From: Nymphaea colorata | Lineage: Eukaryota | Assembly: GCF_008831285.2 (NCBI RefSeq) | Contig: NC_045138.2 | Span: 30,504,001 to 30,568,000, forward strand | DNA: 64,000 nt | Direction of reading: 5' to 3' | In this document: piece by piece, positions 38,545 to 52,230 of the stretch | Layout of the letters: each line of letters opens with the position of its first letter | How positions within the stretch are numbered: the stretch's first letter is position 1 | Translations under genes and position numbers: made by a program | Notes under the pieces: generated by a model | What the model saw: only the letters and a program-made list of their open reading frames with translations | The model's database searches: none | What the model was told of the DNA's origin: nothing

Positions 38545-41500
38545 TCATTGTAATGGTTCTGTAAACAAATATCTCAGCAATGGAGCCACTACTGCTATGC
38601 TTAAACTATTCCCCAGCAGTGCATACCTACATAAGCGATCAGGTTCTGGTCAGTTCCAATCCAAAGTTACGTGGAAGTCCAAAATCATGACTCGATGAAT
38701 AAAAAGAAGAAAGAAAGAAAGGAAAGAGAAAATGAAGTACAAAAATGCACTCTCATCTGCTCTTCAAGCTCTCTAATTTTGCTATTAAGGAACACAAATT
38801 GGTTAAAACTTTTTGCACAACGATATATTCTAGAACAGGCAAGACCCTATTCTAGCATCATCCAAGAGCCAAAAGAAAAGTATGCTAAAAAAATCTAACC
38901 GCTGTCTAAGGCTGATGTGCTGCGGAAATTCAAACTCCTGTGGGAAAGAATGCAAATTGGCTACCTGTACAGCAGCAAAATCTATAGTGTCAGAAAATCA
39001 CCAGAGTCATCTAAAAGCAAGATTGAGGAGGGCCTTGACTGTTCTTGACCAGGCTTTCAAGTCAAATACACCACTATTTAAGTCGATCAAATTCTTGAGC
39101 AAGTACCTCACGTGGAGTAAAATATCTCAGGCCAAGTTGATGCAGCAAAGAGATTGCAGGTTTCCCATGTAATGAATGAACCTGCAATGAAGTAATGGAT
39201 GGAAGTAATTTTAAAGGAGAAACCATCTTTAATAGAAACATGGACTCTATGCAGCATGAGCAATGATAACTAAGTTGCATTATCAGCCTTTTATCTTACT
39301 TGGATAGTTGCAAGTAATGAACCAGTGCCTTTGACATAACGGTAGTAACTTTTTGTAAAACAACAACAACGTCTGGATTCAGGGAAAACTATGTCTGAGA
39401 TCTGCTAAGTTATGTCTGAAAATGTTCGGTTAAATATGATGCATGAACAGTAAGAAACACACCATACTGGAACCATCCGAAACAAAAGGATACCCATTGA
39501 GCCGCCAAATCTCTCAACCAAGCTTGAAGGAACAGCAAATTGGTCTAACTTATTTACCACAGAGACACTTTCTTCGTGATCCTTGGGTTCATAGCCCACC
39601 TTATCACTGTGCTGAAATGATTTTATGTCATCTAGCCCACCTTCAAACACATGTTCAAAACCATTTGTTCTGTTGTGGGGCAGTGCAGAAGCATTGGTTG
39701 ATTTGTGTCCTGGTGATGTGCTTGCTGTTACAATTTCCCCAGTTTCAAGAAACTCACTAATTGGTTTACATGATGCACCTGCGACTTCAGAGCTTTCAAC
39801 CCAAGCATTTTCTTCACATAATCGGAAATGATGATGGGTCTCAAGCAGCTGATTATTTAAGTGTGGGTTGGCAAATGACAGCGGATAGCGTTTAGCCTGG
39901 AAAAAGAAAACTGGAATCAAAGACAAACCCATATATTACCACTTACCAGGGAGTTGATTTATCCTAAAAATATTATGTAAACCTTTTATTTCTATCCAGA
40001 CATTAGAACACATGCAAAAACTACTGGAGATGGTAGCATGCAACCACTGGGTGTTAAAAGGATTCATGCTATTGCTACTGGAATAAGGTCTACCTCAGTT
40101 AAAGTTAAGGAGAATGCAAATAAACAATAAAAAAGAAATTAACTGACAATTTGACACAAGAAGCCTACTGGTGATGGGGAACACCCACCCAATCTCAGGC
40201 ATAGACACAATTAAAAATCCAAGGCATCCAATATTTCATGCAAATGAATGAGATGGGTAGTATGCCAAAGTATTTTCACGACAAAGACCTTAAGAAGGGG
40301 CCAGTGACCGCAGGTTCCTTTTGGCAGTTAAGAATCCTCTATCAGAAGTCACAAAGGCGCTCATTAAAATGCTGCACTTAAATAATTTTTTAATCAATAA
40401 ACCAGTGAATATCTCTAGCAGAAAGGGATCATAACTTCCATGATACCTCTAGGAGTTACTGCTGAGGATAACAGTATCAGAAGGGAACTGACCAAAAAAA
40501 GTTTTTTAAGAATAAAATGCCCGTTTTCATGATGAGAGAAACAACCAAGTCTTTGGACATGTCAGAAATAATGACCCAGAAAAATCAACTTTCCCATCCA
40601 TTGGTCCTCTTGTCCCTCAGAAGCATGCACCTTACACCTCCTCACTTCATGTTCAAGTAGCCTACATATGCTTTAGAACTTCTTCATATGTTGCCAATTG
40701 CAGATTTTACGTATTGCCACATGTGTACTTTGTTACTATATCAACTTCACAAAGACAAGCTTTCTTGCATGGCGACCTTCACTCACCCACATTTCTCCAA
40801 GATAAGTTGGTATCACATAGGAACTCAAGACTATCTGTAGACTTAAACTAATTCTTCAAGGTATGGTTTTGAAGAGCTTATGACCACCTTCTACACTTGA
40901 TTTGAAGTGTGTAAACATGAAGTTGTTAACATATATGTATTTTTTGTATATATGTATGTGTTGGTGGGGGGGAGGGTGGAAGGGTGTGTGTGTGTGTATA
41001 TTCTGTTTTCTTGTACTTTTATTTGTTTTGCCTTCTATAAATAGAGGACAGCTTCTTTCTTCTTATTCATTCCCTTAGAGGGGTTTTTTTTTTTCATGTA
41101 TTTATTTCTTCTTCAATGAGAAATTTTCTGTCTGATACCTTTGTGCACTCCAAGTATTTGTACATTTGTTCCATGAGCTTATTTTGCCTTGTGTTCATGG
41201 CACACTATCTTGACTTCCATTGCAGAAATAATGATGTTAAAACACTTTTGGACACTATCACAGATTGACATCTCTCTCTCTCCCTCTCTCATTTATTGAT
41301 ATTCATATGACTGATTTGCAGTTTCACATCTTCTTTAGATGTACTTTTCAAACTACAGAAACCCAACCTTGTACCTATAGAAACCAAATCCAAGTATGGA
41401 TCTAATTTGATTCTATGAACAATAACTGCATTTAACACAACTTTTAGTTAGATCCATTTTCTGTTATCAGACCCAATTAACCAAATTCAAATTGATAAAT

Positions 41501-44211
41501 TGCCCAATCCAAACTGAAAAAATTGACATTCCCAATTATTGGGAAGGTTGACCATTTAGCCATTAAAGCTATCTAACACAAGTGTTATTATATAGCCATG
41601 TCCAGTTACATGGTTGCCAGTTGCCACACTGAAACCATTGACATTCTCAACTCTAGAGAAGATTGCCAATTAGCTGTTAAAGGTATCTAGCACAAGCATT
41701 ATTATAGTGCCATGTCCCTTTATGTGCATGCCATATTAACGCATTAAGAGCTCCATATCATTTCAAATACACAAGATAGCAAGGGTCAACAGGAGTGCCA
41801 GTCAATTACCCAACCCACTTAAGCATCCAACTCCAACTAAGCATATACAGATTGAATTAGATTCTGATTCTTTGAGTTGAGAAAGAAAAGAGCTGAAATC
41901 TCCACCAAACTAGAACAACAGATGGGTCAAAGTGGTCCACCATGAATACTTTTTTGGTCCTCATTCCCATGCCTACGTCCAGCTATCTAGGTTAGGTTAG
42001 GATCATATACCTAGATCTGACCCATCCACAGCCCTAAAAAAATTACAACTACATTAAAGAGCCCAGTCATTGAATATCACTTACAGTGAGTGCAGCAAAC
42101 ATGAAGCATGAAAGTTGTCAGCAAGAAGTACCTTTTTCTACAAAACAGGATGTAGAGCAATTACAACACATCACTTACAAGGCAAAAATATCGAGGACGT
42201 GAGTAAGGCACACCAAATTGTAATGGGCTCAAAATATATTCTTGTGTAACAAAACCAGCATTTTCCAAACTTCTGATCAAACGCTTTTGTGTCTCAGATT
42301 TCTGCATCAGGAGTAATATATTCAGTTCAAATCTGGGATAGGGAAAGAGCTACCAAAATCACATGCTTCAAGCACCAACCTCAAAACCCACAACATTCTC
42401 CACAAAAATCATTAAAGGTGCCTCTTTCATCTGTGGAAGCAGATCCAGAATCTTAAGAAATGAGAGTGCACGAGCATCATCTGCATCTCTTTGAAGACCT
42501 GCAATGAAATGGGAAAATGTTTTATCTTCCTGATACTAAAAGACAAAGTCATGACAAAAGAAAACTTATAGGAACCAACTTAATGGACCTATGTTGATGA
42601 ACCTTGTCGTGTATAAGGCTGACATGGAGGAGACAAAAGCCATGCATGAGCCCCATACTTGTCTAAATCTGCAACAGTTAGGCTTCCTATGTTCCCCTGA
42701 AAATAACCAGAATAGAATGAGATGGACTACTCCTGCTCCTTGATGAAGTAATTAATCAAACCCAAAGGGCCAAGGCACAGAAGATGAAGATTTAGGTCTT
42801 TGGTAAAACAAATGTCTAAACAAAGTTCACTGATAATGTTAAAGAACATAAAAAAACTTGACTCAATGTTCATTTATAGACAGTCATGCTATCAAAATCC
42901 AAATAAATGGATCTACCATGGTACATCAAAGTCCTTTAAACAATTATCTTCTCAGAGGAATGTATGAAAAACTTGCCACCATTTCTAGGAAAGGAAATTA
43001 CCACCTGAATTCTCTGTTGGACAAGCCTCTGTCTTGTTAATTGGTCGACCAAACAATCAAATGGAAGGATAGACAGAAACGATGAATGTGCAATTTGTGG
43101 ATGATATAAACCACGACAAATATTCAAGTATTTCAGCAAAACACGGCCATGACCTGTGCAAGCCTCCAAGATAATGAACGTTAAGATGGGTTTATTCTTA
43201 TATGGTAAATACCAGAGAGCACTTGCCACAAGTGATGCTTAGTATTACCTTGACTGAGGAAAACTTGTCCATCATTAAAACTTGACTCATATATCTTGAC
43301 AAGCTTGATTGAAACCTATGACTCCTAAAGATACCGGAATTCATGAAAGTGAAATTGAATACAACTGCAATCCGCCATACTATGAAGATGATAAGAACGC
43401 AAAGTAGTAGAAACAATATAAATGGCACACATCTAAAGCAGCAAGACGGTAAAGTTCTAATGATGCACCTGACAAGAAAAAAGGCTATAGCATTAGCCAC
43501 TTATTGTGCTGATTCCATAGTTTAAGCATGAAATAATTAGCTCTCACAGATGACAATAAAGTCCAAATCTTCTGAGGGACATGGCAGAAGATTAGTTTAA
43601 AAGTATTTAGCATGGAAATAACTAGTATTCCTCAATAAGGGTTTCCAATTAACCATTTGCAGGATTGCTCGATGACTCTGTTCCCACAAATCTCACATAT
43701 TATTAAAGTGGGAATTGGCTCCACAGCATTCGCAAAAAAGACAGCAGTGTCACAATGAGCATCAAATGTCTCCTTGAGAAAAAAATAATGAAGACGAGAA
43801 ACCTAAATATAAACCCAAGAAACAAGTAGAGAACATCCACATCCCCCAGAAACCACAACCCACCTGATAAGGGCGATGGCCGAAATTGTGCTCGTAGACG
43901 TCGTTCGCACTGTCGTTTATTTCAAATGCTTCCACCACCGAAGCTGAGAGTCCAGCCTTCATCATGGAATACCTCTGTAAAAGCAAGGAAGGCAACCTCA
44001 GGCATTATTTGAGAGGCATCAATTACTACCTGACAATCAAACCGGAGAAGTAGCTGAAACTTCATTGGAAGCCACCCAATGCCCACTTCTTTATAAAAAG
44101 GGTGAGAGAGAGATAGAGAGAGAGTCTTGATACCATTCCGCCGATGCCACTATAGAACTCGAGAACCCTCCATGGCTCGGACGGTCCTCTGAAGGAGGAG
44201 GATGCCTCCAT
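38545..44211 (-). CDS. DNMT2: tRNA (cytosine-38-C5)-methyltransferase DNMT2/TRDMT1, ~414 aa
   Basis: Ten exons join in frame to 1245 nt: 44211-44134, 43974-43864, 42696-42603, 42498-42380, 42301-42179, 39896-39494, 39394-39300, 39181-39107, 38964-38900, 38626-38545. C5-methyltransferase motifs appear in order: [36 protein letters not shown], the DNMT2-type [23 protein letters not shown] and LLGNS. Confidence 0.96.
41522..41717. repeat. Old ~115-bp-period duplication in DNMT2 intron 5
   Basis: attgacattc...taaag.tatcta.cacaag..ttattata..gccatgtcc occurs twice. Confidence 0.75.
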
Positions 44212-46039
44212 TGCGTGGACCTCGACAATGAGTAGGCCTCTCAACGTGCATTATGCAGGCGGCGTTCAGCAAACCTTTTTATTTTATAGCCCCCATCTCA
44301 CAAGATGTTTGTCATATTATTATTATTATTATGCCTGAAATAGGTTGAGGCTTTGGTTTAACGAGTTGATCTACACAAGCTTCAGCTTGAGTGGACTAAT
44401 GAGAAGAGTTGTGTTCGTTCAAACATCATTAATTTAGGATTGCTAGTCAATAAGTGGCTTAAATAAATAGTGTTTATTATGTGTTTTTATTATTTGTTGA
44501 TCCCTAATATATATTTTTATATGTTAAGTAAAATTGTTTTTTTGTTATTGTTCTTAAATCTATACCAACTTGTTTAAACTCAAACAAAAAAATTTATTGT
44601 TTAATTTTGTGCTTACAAAATCATTAAATCATTCCAACAACTGTAATCCCCAGCTTGAATTACTAAATTTAAAAACAAATAATTTATTCAATTTTCACAT
44701 TAATCGAACAGTTCTTGAGATAAGCCCCAACCACACATTTTCAACTTCATATGCAATTAGTAATTTAGTTCCTACTTAATTGTTGATTGCCAAATTTATA
44801 AAATATCTGTTGGGGAAGAGCCAACTATGTTCTCATATATTGGTAAAGCATGATTTTATCAGATTGCAATCTTAGAAGCACCATTTTTTTTCTCCTACTA
44901 TCTTAATATTTCAAGGAATTGGTGATGTTATCGAAGGCAAACCTGGTCTTCTGTTGTGTGATCGCAACATATTCATCTGATTTCTGATTTTTGCGAAAGA
45001 TTAACATGAGTTCTTCATGAAAACATGCACTTTGGTAAGTTAAATATTATAAAACATACCTGTACTGGCTACCGTATAATCTGCAAGTAAAAATTTGTGA
45101 TTATCAGCACTTCAAAATTTACCAAGAAATATTCCATTACTTTAGATCTAATCTAATCTTAGAACTCAGTATCTGAGATCCATGAGTTTAATATATCAGC
45201 TTTACTGATCTTAAATAAAATCTTTTATCAAAGGGGTGACGGGAGCGTACGTCTCATTCTTCTTTGGTATTTCATACAAGCACAATGGCAAGATTTCTTG
45301 TCTGATTTAAACTACTGGGTAGTGAAAACATCGTTTATTTACTTCACTATTGAACTATTGTTGCCAAACTATAGTGTAATCTGAGCCATTAGTTTTTCGC
45401 ATTTTCAAAAACGAAAAACATTAAAATCTTACTGTAGTATATCTGTATATTATAATGACATGTGATAATGGTTTCCATTTGCTTAGATCAGTCATTAATT
45501 TAGCTCTTTTAATGTTTTCTTTGTAATGCTAGTTATGAAATAAAAAAAAAGGAAAAATGATGTTCATAAGGTCATTGGTTTTCTCTTCATGGAGTTAAAA
45601 CACGATCCTTGTGACATGATAATCCCAAAATAGGGAGTTAAGGTTAATAAAACCCTTTAGTAATGTGAAAATGTGATCTTCAAATGTCTTGGTGTTCATC
45701 ATCTTGTTTTTTGAAAGCTGGATGATACTTTCCTAAATTCTATAAGATAAGAGGAGCACTCATTCGTTTGCTTCCATTGCAGAGTCCAGATCTAACCTTG
45801 GACGCAAACCACGTCGGTGAGGAAATTTTGAGACTCGTGCCAGGAACCTTAAAAATTATAAAGCACGTCTCTAAAAATTATAATAAAAGATCGGTTCTTA
45901 TAAATGACAATTTTCTTGAAGGACTTGCCCATGAGTCTCGGCAAGAGAAGTGAAAGGAATTTGCTTGGACTTCTATGCCTCTCCCTGGCCCCTGCCGATC
46001 TGAGGGAGAAGAAGAGAGGAGGAGGAGGGGAAGAAGAAA

Positions 46040-47047
46040 ATGGGTCTTTTTAGGAGCCGCAAAGGGTCGGGAGGGGCGGCCACTTCCTCTTGTTCCGAAC
46101 TCAGAAATGCCTACAATGATTGCTTCAATAAGTTTGTTCTGCTTCCTCTCTGTCTCTCTCTCTCTCTCTTTCTTTCTTTCTCTGTCTCTCTCTCTATACT
46201 GATCACCTCCTTCTCGTTATTGATGTGGTTGGAAGATGGTATGCGGAGAAGTACATGAAGGGACAACGGGACAAGCACGACTGCGTGGCCGAGTGGGAGA
46301 AGTACCGAGCTTGCCTCATGGTGATTTTTCTGCCTTTGATGCTTTTACTGCGGATCTGATGGGAAACAATGGCGTTTGTTTTTCATGAGTTATTGTTTAT
46401 GCAGGCCCTTTAGATTGTTCTGAGCCTCTTGTTTCAATTTGTATCTCCTGATACGCTGGATTAGAGAAGGAGCCCTTAGTTGGCTTTGCTTTGTGATCTG
46501 GGATAAATAATTGTTAGCCATCCTAAGGTGATCAAACATAATGTTTGAAGTTTTTGTAAGATTGCTCGTTGAATCTCGTCTCTTCAGATGCCAATGGGAA
46601 GTCTTTTCCTTTTATTTTTGGTGTGTTGCATTGCTTCTAAGTAAGATAACCATTCCCAAGAATTTAGGTCGTTTGTTTCAATAAAGTTGTCTTCTCCACT
46701 ACACAATCTGCATTTTATGTATTGGCAACTTGGGAAATTTCCACTTTGGAATAACTCATTGATTAATGTGTCAATGGGGGGTTGTCATTGTGAACTTGCC
46801 TGTGTATTCTCGTTTTAACTGTCTATTTTCTTTCCTTCTCATCGTGGTGCATTTCCTGAAGCTGTCAAGCAAAAATACTCCAGGTAGTTAGAATTCAGGA
46901 ATGTTTGTTTGAACTGGCTTAAACTTCTTCTGTTTCTAACAGCAATTTTTGGAAGACAAGCATCTGAGCCGTTTGCTGGAAGCCGAGGCTGTTGCTCATT
47001 CAACAAGAGAATATACCAACCAGTCAGCTACATCAGATCGCACTTAA
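46040..47047 (+). CDS. MDM35: Mdm35/TRIAP1 family mitochondrial intermembrane-space twin CX9C protein, ~93 aa
   Basis: Exons 46040-46131, 46236-46320 and 46943-47047 join in frame to 282 nt: ...SSCSELRNAYNDCFNKWYAEKYMKG..DCVAEWEKYRACLMQFLEDKHL. There are two exact CX9C motifs and the family signature CFNxWYxEK. Confidence 0.92.
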
Positions 47048-49422
47048 AATAAATGTAGTTTGACGCGAGGTGCTTATTCCTAACATGCTTTTGCCTGTTT
47101 GTTGGAGCTTTTTTATGTCATTTTGTGCCTTTTTGTTGCCATCATCTATTACTAGTCCCCTTATTACTCTCTATTCTCTGGTAGGATCCTCTTTTTCTTT
47201 TTGAGTGATTACTTGCTAGTAAGCCAGAAAGCAAATCGGAGTATTAAACTGTTAGATGCTAGAAAAGAAAGGCATGGAGCTTTGAGATCAATGGTTTCCA
47301 GCCTTAGCCATTCATCTCTCCTTTTCATCATATTCGATTACATTAAAATTAAGTACAATCAAGATGCATATCGAAACAGTCCGACACTTTCATTAATTTC
47401 ATATTGTCCATTCAAACTCATGAACAAACTTGCCCTAACTAGATATGGATGGAAATGATCTTTACTCCAGAAATCCCTGCTCGAGTCAAGGTGAGTTGCT
47501 TTTTTGCGAGTTGTTCTTATTAATGGAAGCAATCTCGTACATATGACACGCTGGTAGTCTATTTTGTTTTTGTCTTCCCAAAACCAATCCTCCTACTAAT
47601 GTCTTCCTGAAAACTACCATGCCATTGTTTTGCAAGTTCTAGATATTGAGAATTATTATCATATTTTTATCAGGAAAATCATTGAATAATTTTGGAATCC
47701 AAAAAGTTAAAACATAGATGATAATAGGGATACTTAAAATTATTAGAAGGTACGTGAGGGCATTACTGCAATTGAGGCAGATGTCCTACAATAAAAAAAT
47801 ACATCACTTTACAATGATGGCTTACTTTATTAGTGAGATATGCGGCTCTTCCTGGTCACTACATGGTCCTTGTCTGTAGCACTTTGAGGCATTATTCTTA
47901 TTAAAGAAGTTTGAGTGGACAAAATGACTTCCTATATGTTCACTTGTAAAAATTTGTGTCCCTCATTGACTGTTTTTTTCTCCCAGCAGGGCTGTTTCGT
48001 TATTGACTGTTTTTCTAAATATTTGGTGGATTGGTTGTGGATTTCATTTTCTTGTCTAAGCAAAGAGATCTTATATCTTAGTTGCTTTTTTAAATTTAAA
48101 GGCAAGCAACCCTTTCTGAATCACTTGATTGGTAGAATACCATGTACGGATTCTATGCACTTCGCTCCTGATTTGTGATTCTTTCATGTTCATTTGCTTA
48201 GTCTGAATGTAGCATTTCCCTAGGATGTGGTTACTACAGAAAGAGATGTCCTGTTACTGTTCCCTCTGCTTAATTATCAAATTGAGGCTCAATATCATGA
48301 ATTTCTTATTGCTGGCTTTTTATACTGCTTGACATAGTAGCTGTAGTTCATGTGATTATTTGTGGATCCTGCGTCTTGTATACTGCTTTGACATGGATGT
48401 AGTCATCAAATGTCCTTATCAATTCCATTATTTTTTACAGATAGAAGTCAATCTTTGCTGGTTAGGGTCATATTTTAAGGCTTCAAACATGACCTAGCCT
48501 ACCATAACATCTTTCTTGAAATAATTCAGCAGATATGAAGTGGACTGCATCTATCTGCATTATGATCCATGGTGTGTGACAGAACTTTGTCATAGCAGAA
48601 AAAAGATCAGCATCCTACCATGCTGTTAAGAAATCCGATGTCATCCCAAGAGTGAGGTAATTGTTAATGGCACGCATGGGCAAGTTGGATGGATGGGGTG
48701 CCACCATGATGATGTGCTCAAGATGAGCCTGTGGGAGGTCTGCTGAAATTGAACAGGACAATATGTTCTGGTATGCAGACATTTGAGCAGATCTGCATAG
48801 AAAAATGTTAGTTCTTGACTTCTGAACATTCTGTACTTTATTGCTAACCAGATGTACACCTCTGCATAACCCTCTTCTCATCTGCACCTGAGTGTGTGGT
48901 ATGTGGATTATACAAATTATTTATAGCGTACTCTTTGGAAGGTCTCCTCATTGGTAATTTTTGAAGATTCATGTCTGTAATATGGTGCTTGGTAAGCTTC
49001 TTTTGTCTAGTTTCATGACTTCGGTAAGATGAACAGATTGGTAGAGATGATGCTTGACATAGGTTGTCCTGGATGGATCTCAAGCTCATGTTTGGTATCT
49101 TTAAGCAAAGGGCTAGCCAAGCAGTGGCAGAGCCCAAAATCTAAGAGAGCATGCGCACCAAACATGTAAATATATGCAAATACAAAATTTTATGGAAAAA
49201 GCTTTTGTGGGAAGGGAAGTGGATTTAAGTAGAAGTAGAAAAGATTGTCACAGTGCTCCACTAGCAAAAAGGAGAAGCTAGTGCCTGAACAACTCTTACT
49301 GAGTTTGAGTTCATTTGGATTCAATACCAAGTTGCCCATAGTCTAAAAGGGCTTGTGACGGGGATCCCACTTTGTAGTTGATCAGCAATACCTGTTGTGG
49401 AGTTTCTGCAAGTCCCACTAAC

Positions 49423-49595
49423 CAGGGGCGGAGCCAGGATTTTTTTATAAAGAGGTCAGTTATAGTTTCAAAATTTTAACAGGAGCCGACAATCATTTTT
49501 TAAAATGTTTATGTAAGATGAATAAAACTTTTTATAATTTACAAGTAAATTTTAAAAAAAAATTGAGGGGGTGCCATGGCAACTATGTGACGTAG
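49423..49595. mobile_element. MITE with a caggggcggagccagg terminus (related to the family A end, opposite orientation)
   Basis: The left end is the reverse complement of the ctggctc(t/c)gcc-type end and is followed by an AT-rich body. Right end and TSD are not resolved. Confidence 0.5.
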
Positions 49596-50509
49596 CTTCT
49601 CTGAACTTCTTGAAGCAATCATGTGGTTCTCTAGTGCAAACAGACGGCTTCTTCCATCTGCTGCCAATCTTCCAATGTCATTTTTGAAAGCTGGGATGAC
49701 GCATCATTGAAGTAAACTTGATTCCTAATAATATCTATTTTTCTTTTTCTTTTTTGTTTTTCAGAGGCTCGAAGACCTCCATTCCCTCTGTTTTGAGGGT
49801 CTTTGGCTGCGTTTCAGCACATCCGTTAGTTAGAGTATCGCGATCCAACAGTTTACAATCTGAGAGAAGGAGCACTCATGAAAATCGAACTGACGATGCA
49901 ACACTACCTGCACGGCTAGCTATTCTATGTTGTTTGAGGCCTATAATATCTAACTTCATAAGATTCAAGAAAGAAATTTCTCTAATTCTAAAAGAATGGT
50001 TGAATTAAAGGTCTTGGACTGGTAGGGTAATAATATTTTATTTATGCATGATGTTTACGTTATTTTTGGGTTTAATTTTTAATTTTTAAACCTTGTGCAT
50101 TTACATGTATAATTGGATTTTCACAGGAGCAAGTACCTAAACTTATAGGCAACAATATTAAGCGACACCATCTGAACAATGTTGCAGAAATCGGCTTTTG
50201 AATCGAATTAGAAAGCTTAATCATTTAACAAATCAGAATTTTGAATCATTTGCGAATTGGATTAACTAAAAAAATGCGTTTTATTCTGAATAAATTAAAA
50301 ACTATGGAAAAACAGAAACAATTGATGTAAAAAAAACAAAAGCATAGATACTTGTGATCAAAACAAAAAAAGCGTAAAAAATGCAAAGAGGAACAAAAGA
50401 ACTGCAAGGTATGACTTCAATCACCAAAAAACAATTTACAGTATGATCACTGCCCTATTTCTTCCTGTTTTTCACATCTAGTAAAATAAGAAAACCATTA
50501 TCTTCTCCA

Positions 50510-51330
50510 TATGGAGGAGGATTCCCGTGGTAAGTCATTCTGGGAGCACTATTCAGTGACCTCGTGAATAGATCCAGGTTCTGAATCTTGGGCTAATATT
50601 GTCGTTAACGCGCCTACTTCAAGCTCCCGTAGGTCTCCAGTTTTGGAGGTCATTCAGGCAGGCTCGAGGCAGAGAATCTACATTCCGAAGGATTCCCTGG
50701 AGGAGATGAAGGCGCCTTTCAGATGCTCCATCGTTAGGTGTTTCTTCCATGGGACCAAAAGAATTGAAGTTCGCCATTGAGGATCTCAAGCGTCTATGGA
50801 AAACATCTCAATCCCCCAAATTTACAACCCTCGGTAGAGGTGGCTTTCTTCTCAGATTCGCCCATCTCTGCGTCAAAAATCTTAGCGCCTTGCAGGAAAA
50901 TCTTTTGTGGTTAACCGCTGGGTTCCGTCGCCCGACCTTGAGGTGGAGTCTACCATTGGACTTTCCTCTCTCTTATGGACTGTCTCAATATTTTCTGCCA
51001 TTGCAACGGCCATGAAAAGCAATCTGGTAGCCCTAGATCCATCAACATCTAACATCCTAAAGTCTGGCTATGCCAGAAGATGTGTAGAAGACGTGATTTT
51101 ATCCCAGGAGATCGACTATGAAGGTCGATTAAAATTTTTGTCCTCGCTGTAAATCCAAGGATCATTTGCCAGAGAAGTGTCCACTAGCTGTCTCTTTGGA
51201 AGGCATGAATGTTCCAGCCTCTGACTCCACCCTCCACTGGATAGAGATTCAAACTAGAAGACGACGGGCCCTTAAAGACTGACGTCCCCTGGCCCCACCT
51301 TCCTCTGCACCGGAAAATAGATTCCACAAG
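50510..51330 (+). mobile_element. Degenerate L1-type LINE ORF1 remnant (DUF4283-like), frameshifted
   Basis: Fragments in shifting frames: SWANIV, LKRLWKTSQSPKFTTLGRGGFLLRF, NRWVPS, LWTVSIFSAIATAM..LVALDPST...GYARRCVE. This order is typical of plant L1 ORF1. Boundaries are approximate. Confidence 0.75.
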
Positions 51331-52193
51331 TTGGCCGGAAGAAGATGATCAGGAAACCGATTCCTCCAAGTCTCAGGCAGACCCCATTAAAACTGTGGTG
51401 GAAGCTCGTGCAAGGTCTCCTCAACTTTCAAAAAGATGACGAAGACAATTAGCTCCCCGGCAAACCCCGGCGCTCAACGTGTCAATCATAGGGGTATTTT
51501 TGTCTTTTACATTTTTAGTTTCACTTTCGTTCTTACCGTCAGTAGAAGAGTTTTCTGAACCAAAACTGGGAAACTGATTCGTGTTTGGGAACGTGACAAT
51601 TTTCACCAGATAATATTAACCGTGTTCCTTAACGATAACAATGAAGTCTCCCATGTCGTGAAAGAATCAACACAGAGATAGGTGCGAAATCAAGAATTTT
51701 TCGTTGTTTTAAAATTTTAATGGGCCCAAGTTATAAATTTTCAATTTTTTTTATATAGGTTAGATTGAATTAAATCTTAAATATAAAATTTTGAATTTTT
51801 AAAAATCTGAGAGAAACGAAAGGCCATGGCCCTGCCCCCCTACACTAGAGAAGTTTCGTTAACGACAAAATATTTTAAGAAAAGTTATGCGGGAATATCC
51901 TATCCCAACAATGAAAAGCATTCAAGAAGCGGAAAAAAGGTAGGCTTTCCCTTTTTATAATTAGCAGATAATCAAACTAATTTCTTCTTAACTCTACATA
52001 GGTCTTTCTTGGATCCTGCAATTTTGCAATCATATGAAAACCATTTGACTAATTCATGCCGGGATTTGATTGTTTGCTTCCACTTTTTCTTTCCCATCCT
52101 ACAAGAAATTGTTTAGATGATTTGTCTCTATTCAATCATCTTCATTTTCTAGCTTAGTTGTCGTCAACCTTGGCAACAAAAAAGAGGAGTTGC

Positions 52194-52230
<37 letters not shown>

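Noticed and set aside
38545..44211. DNMT2 as a DNA methyltransferase or restriction-modification component
   Set aside because: The CFT motif and lack of an N-terminal regulatory domain identify the conserved tRNA-methylating DNMT2 family; no partner nuclease is present.
48500..49140. Possible extra coding exons downstream of MDM35
   Set aside because: No consistent open frame or recognisable protein motif on either strand.
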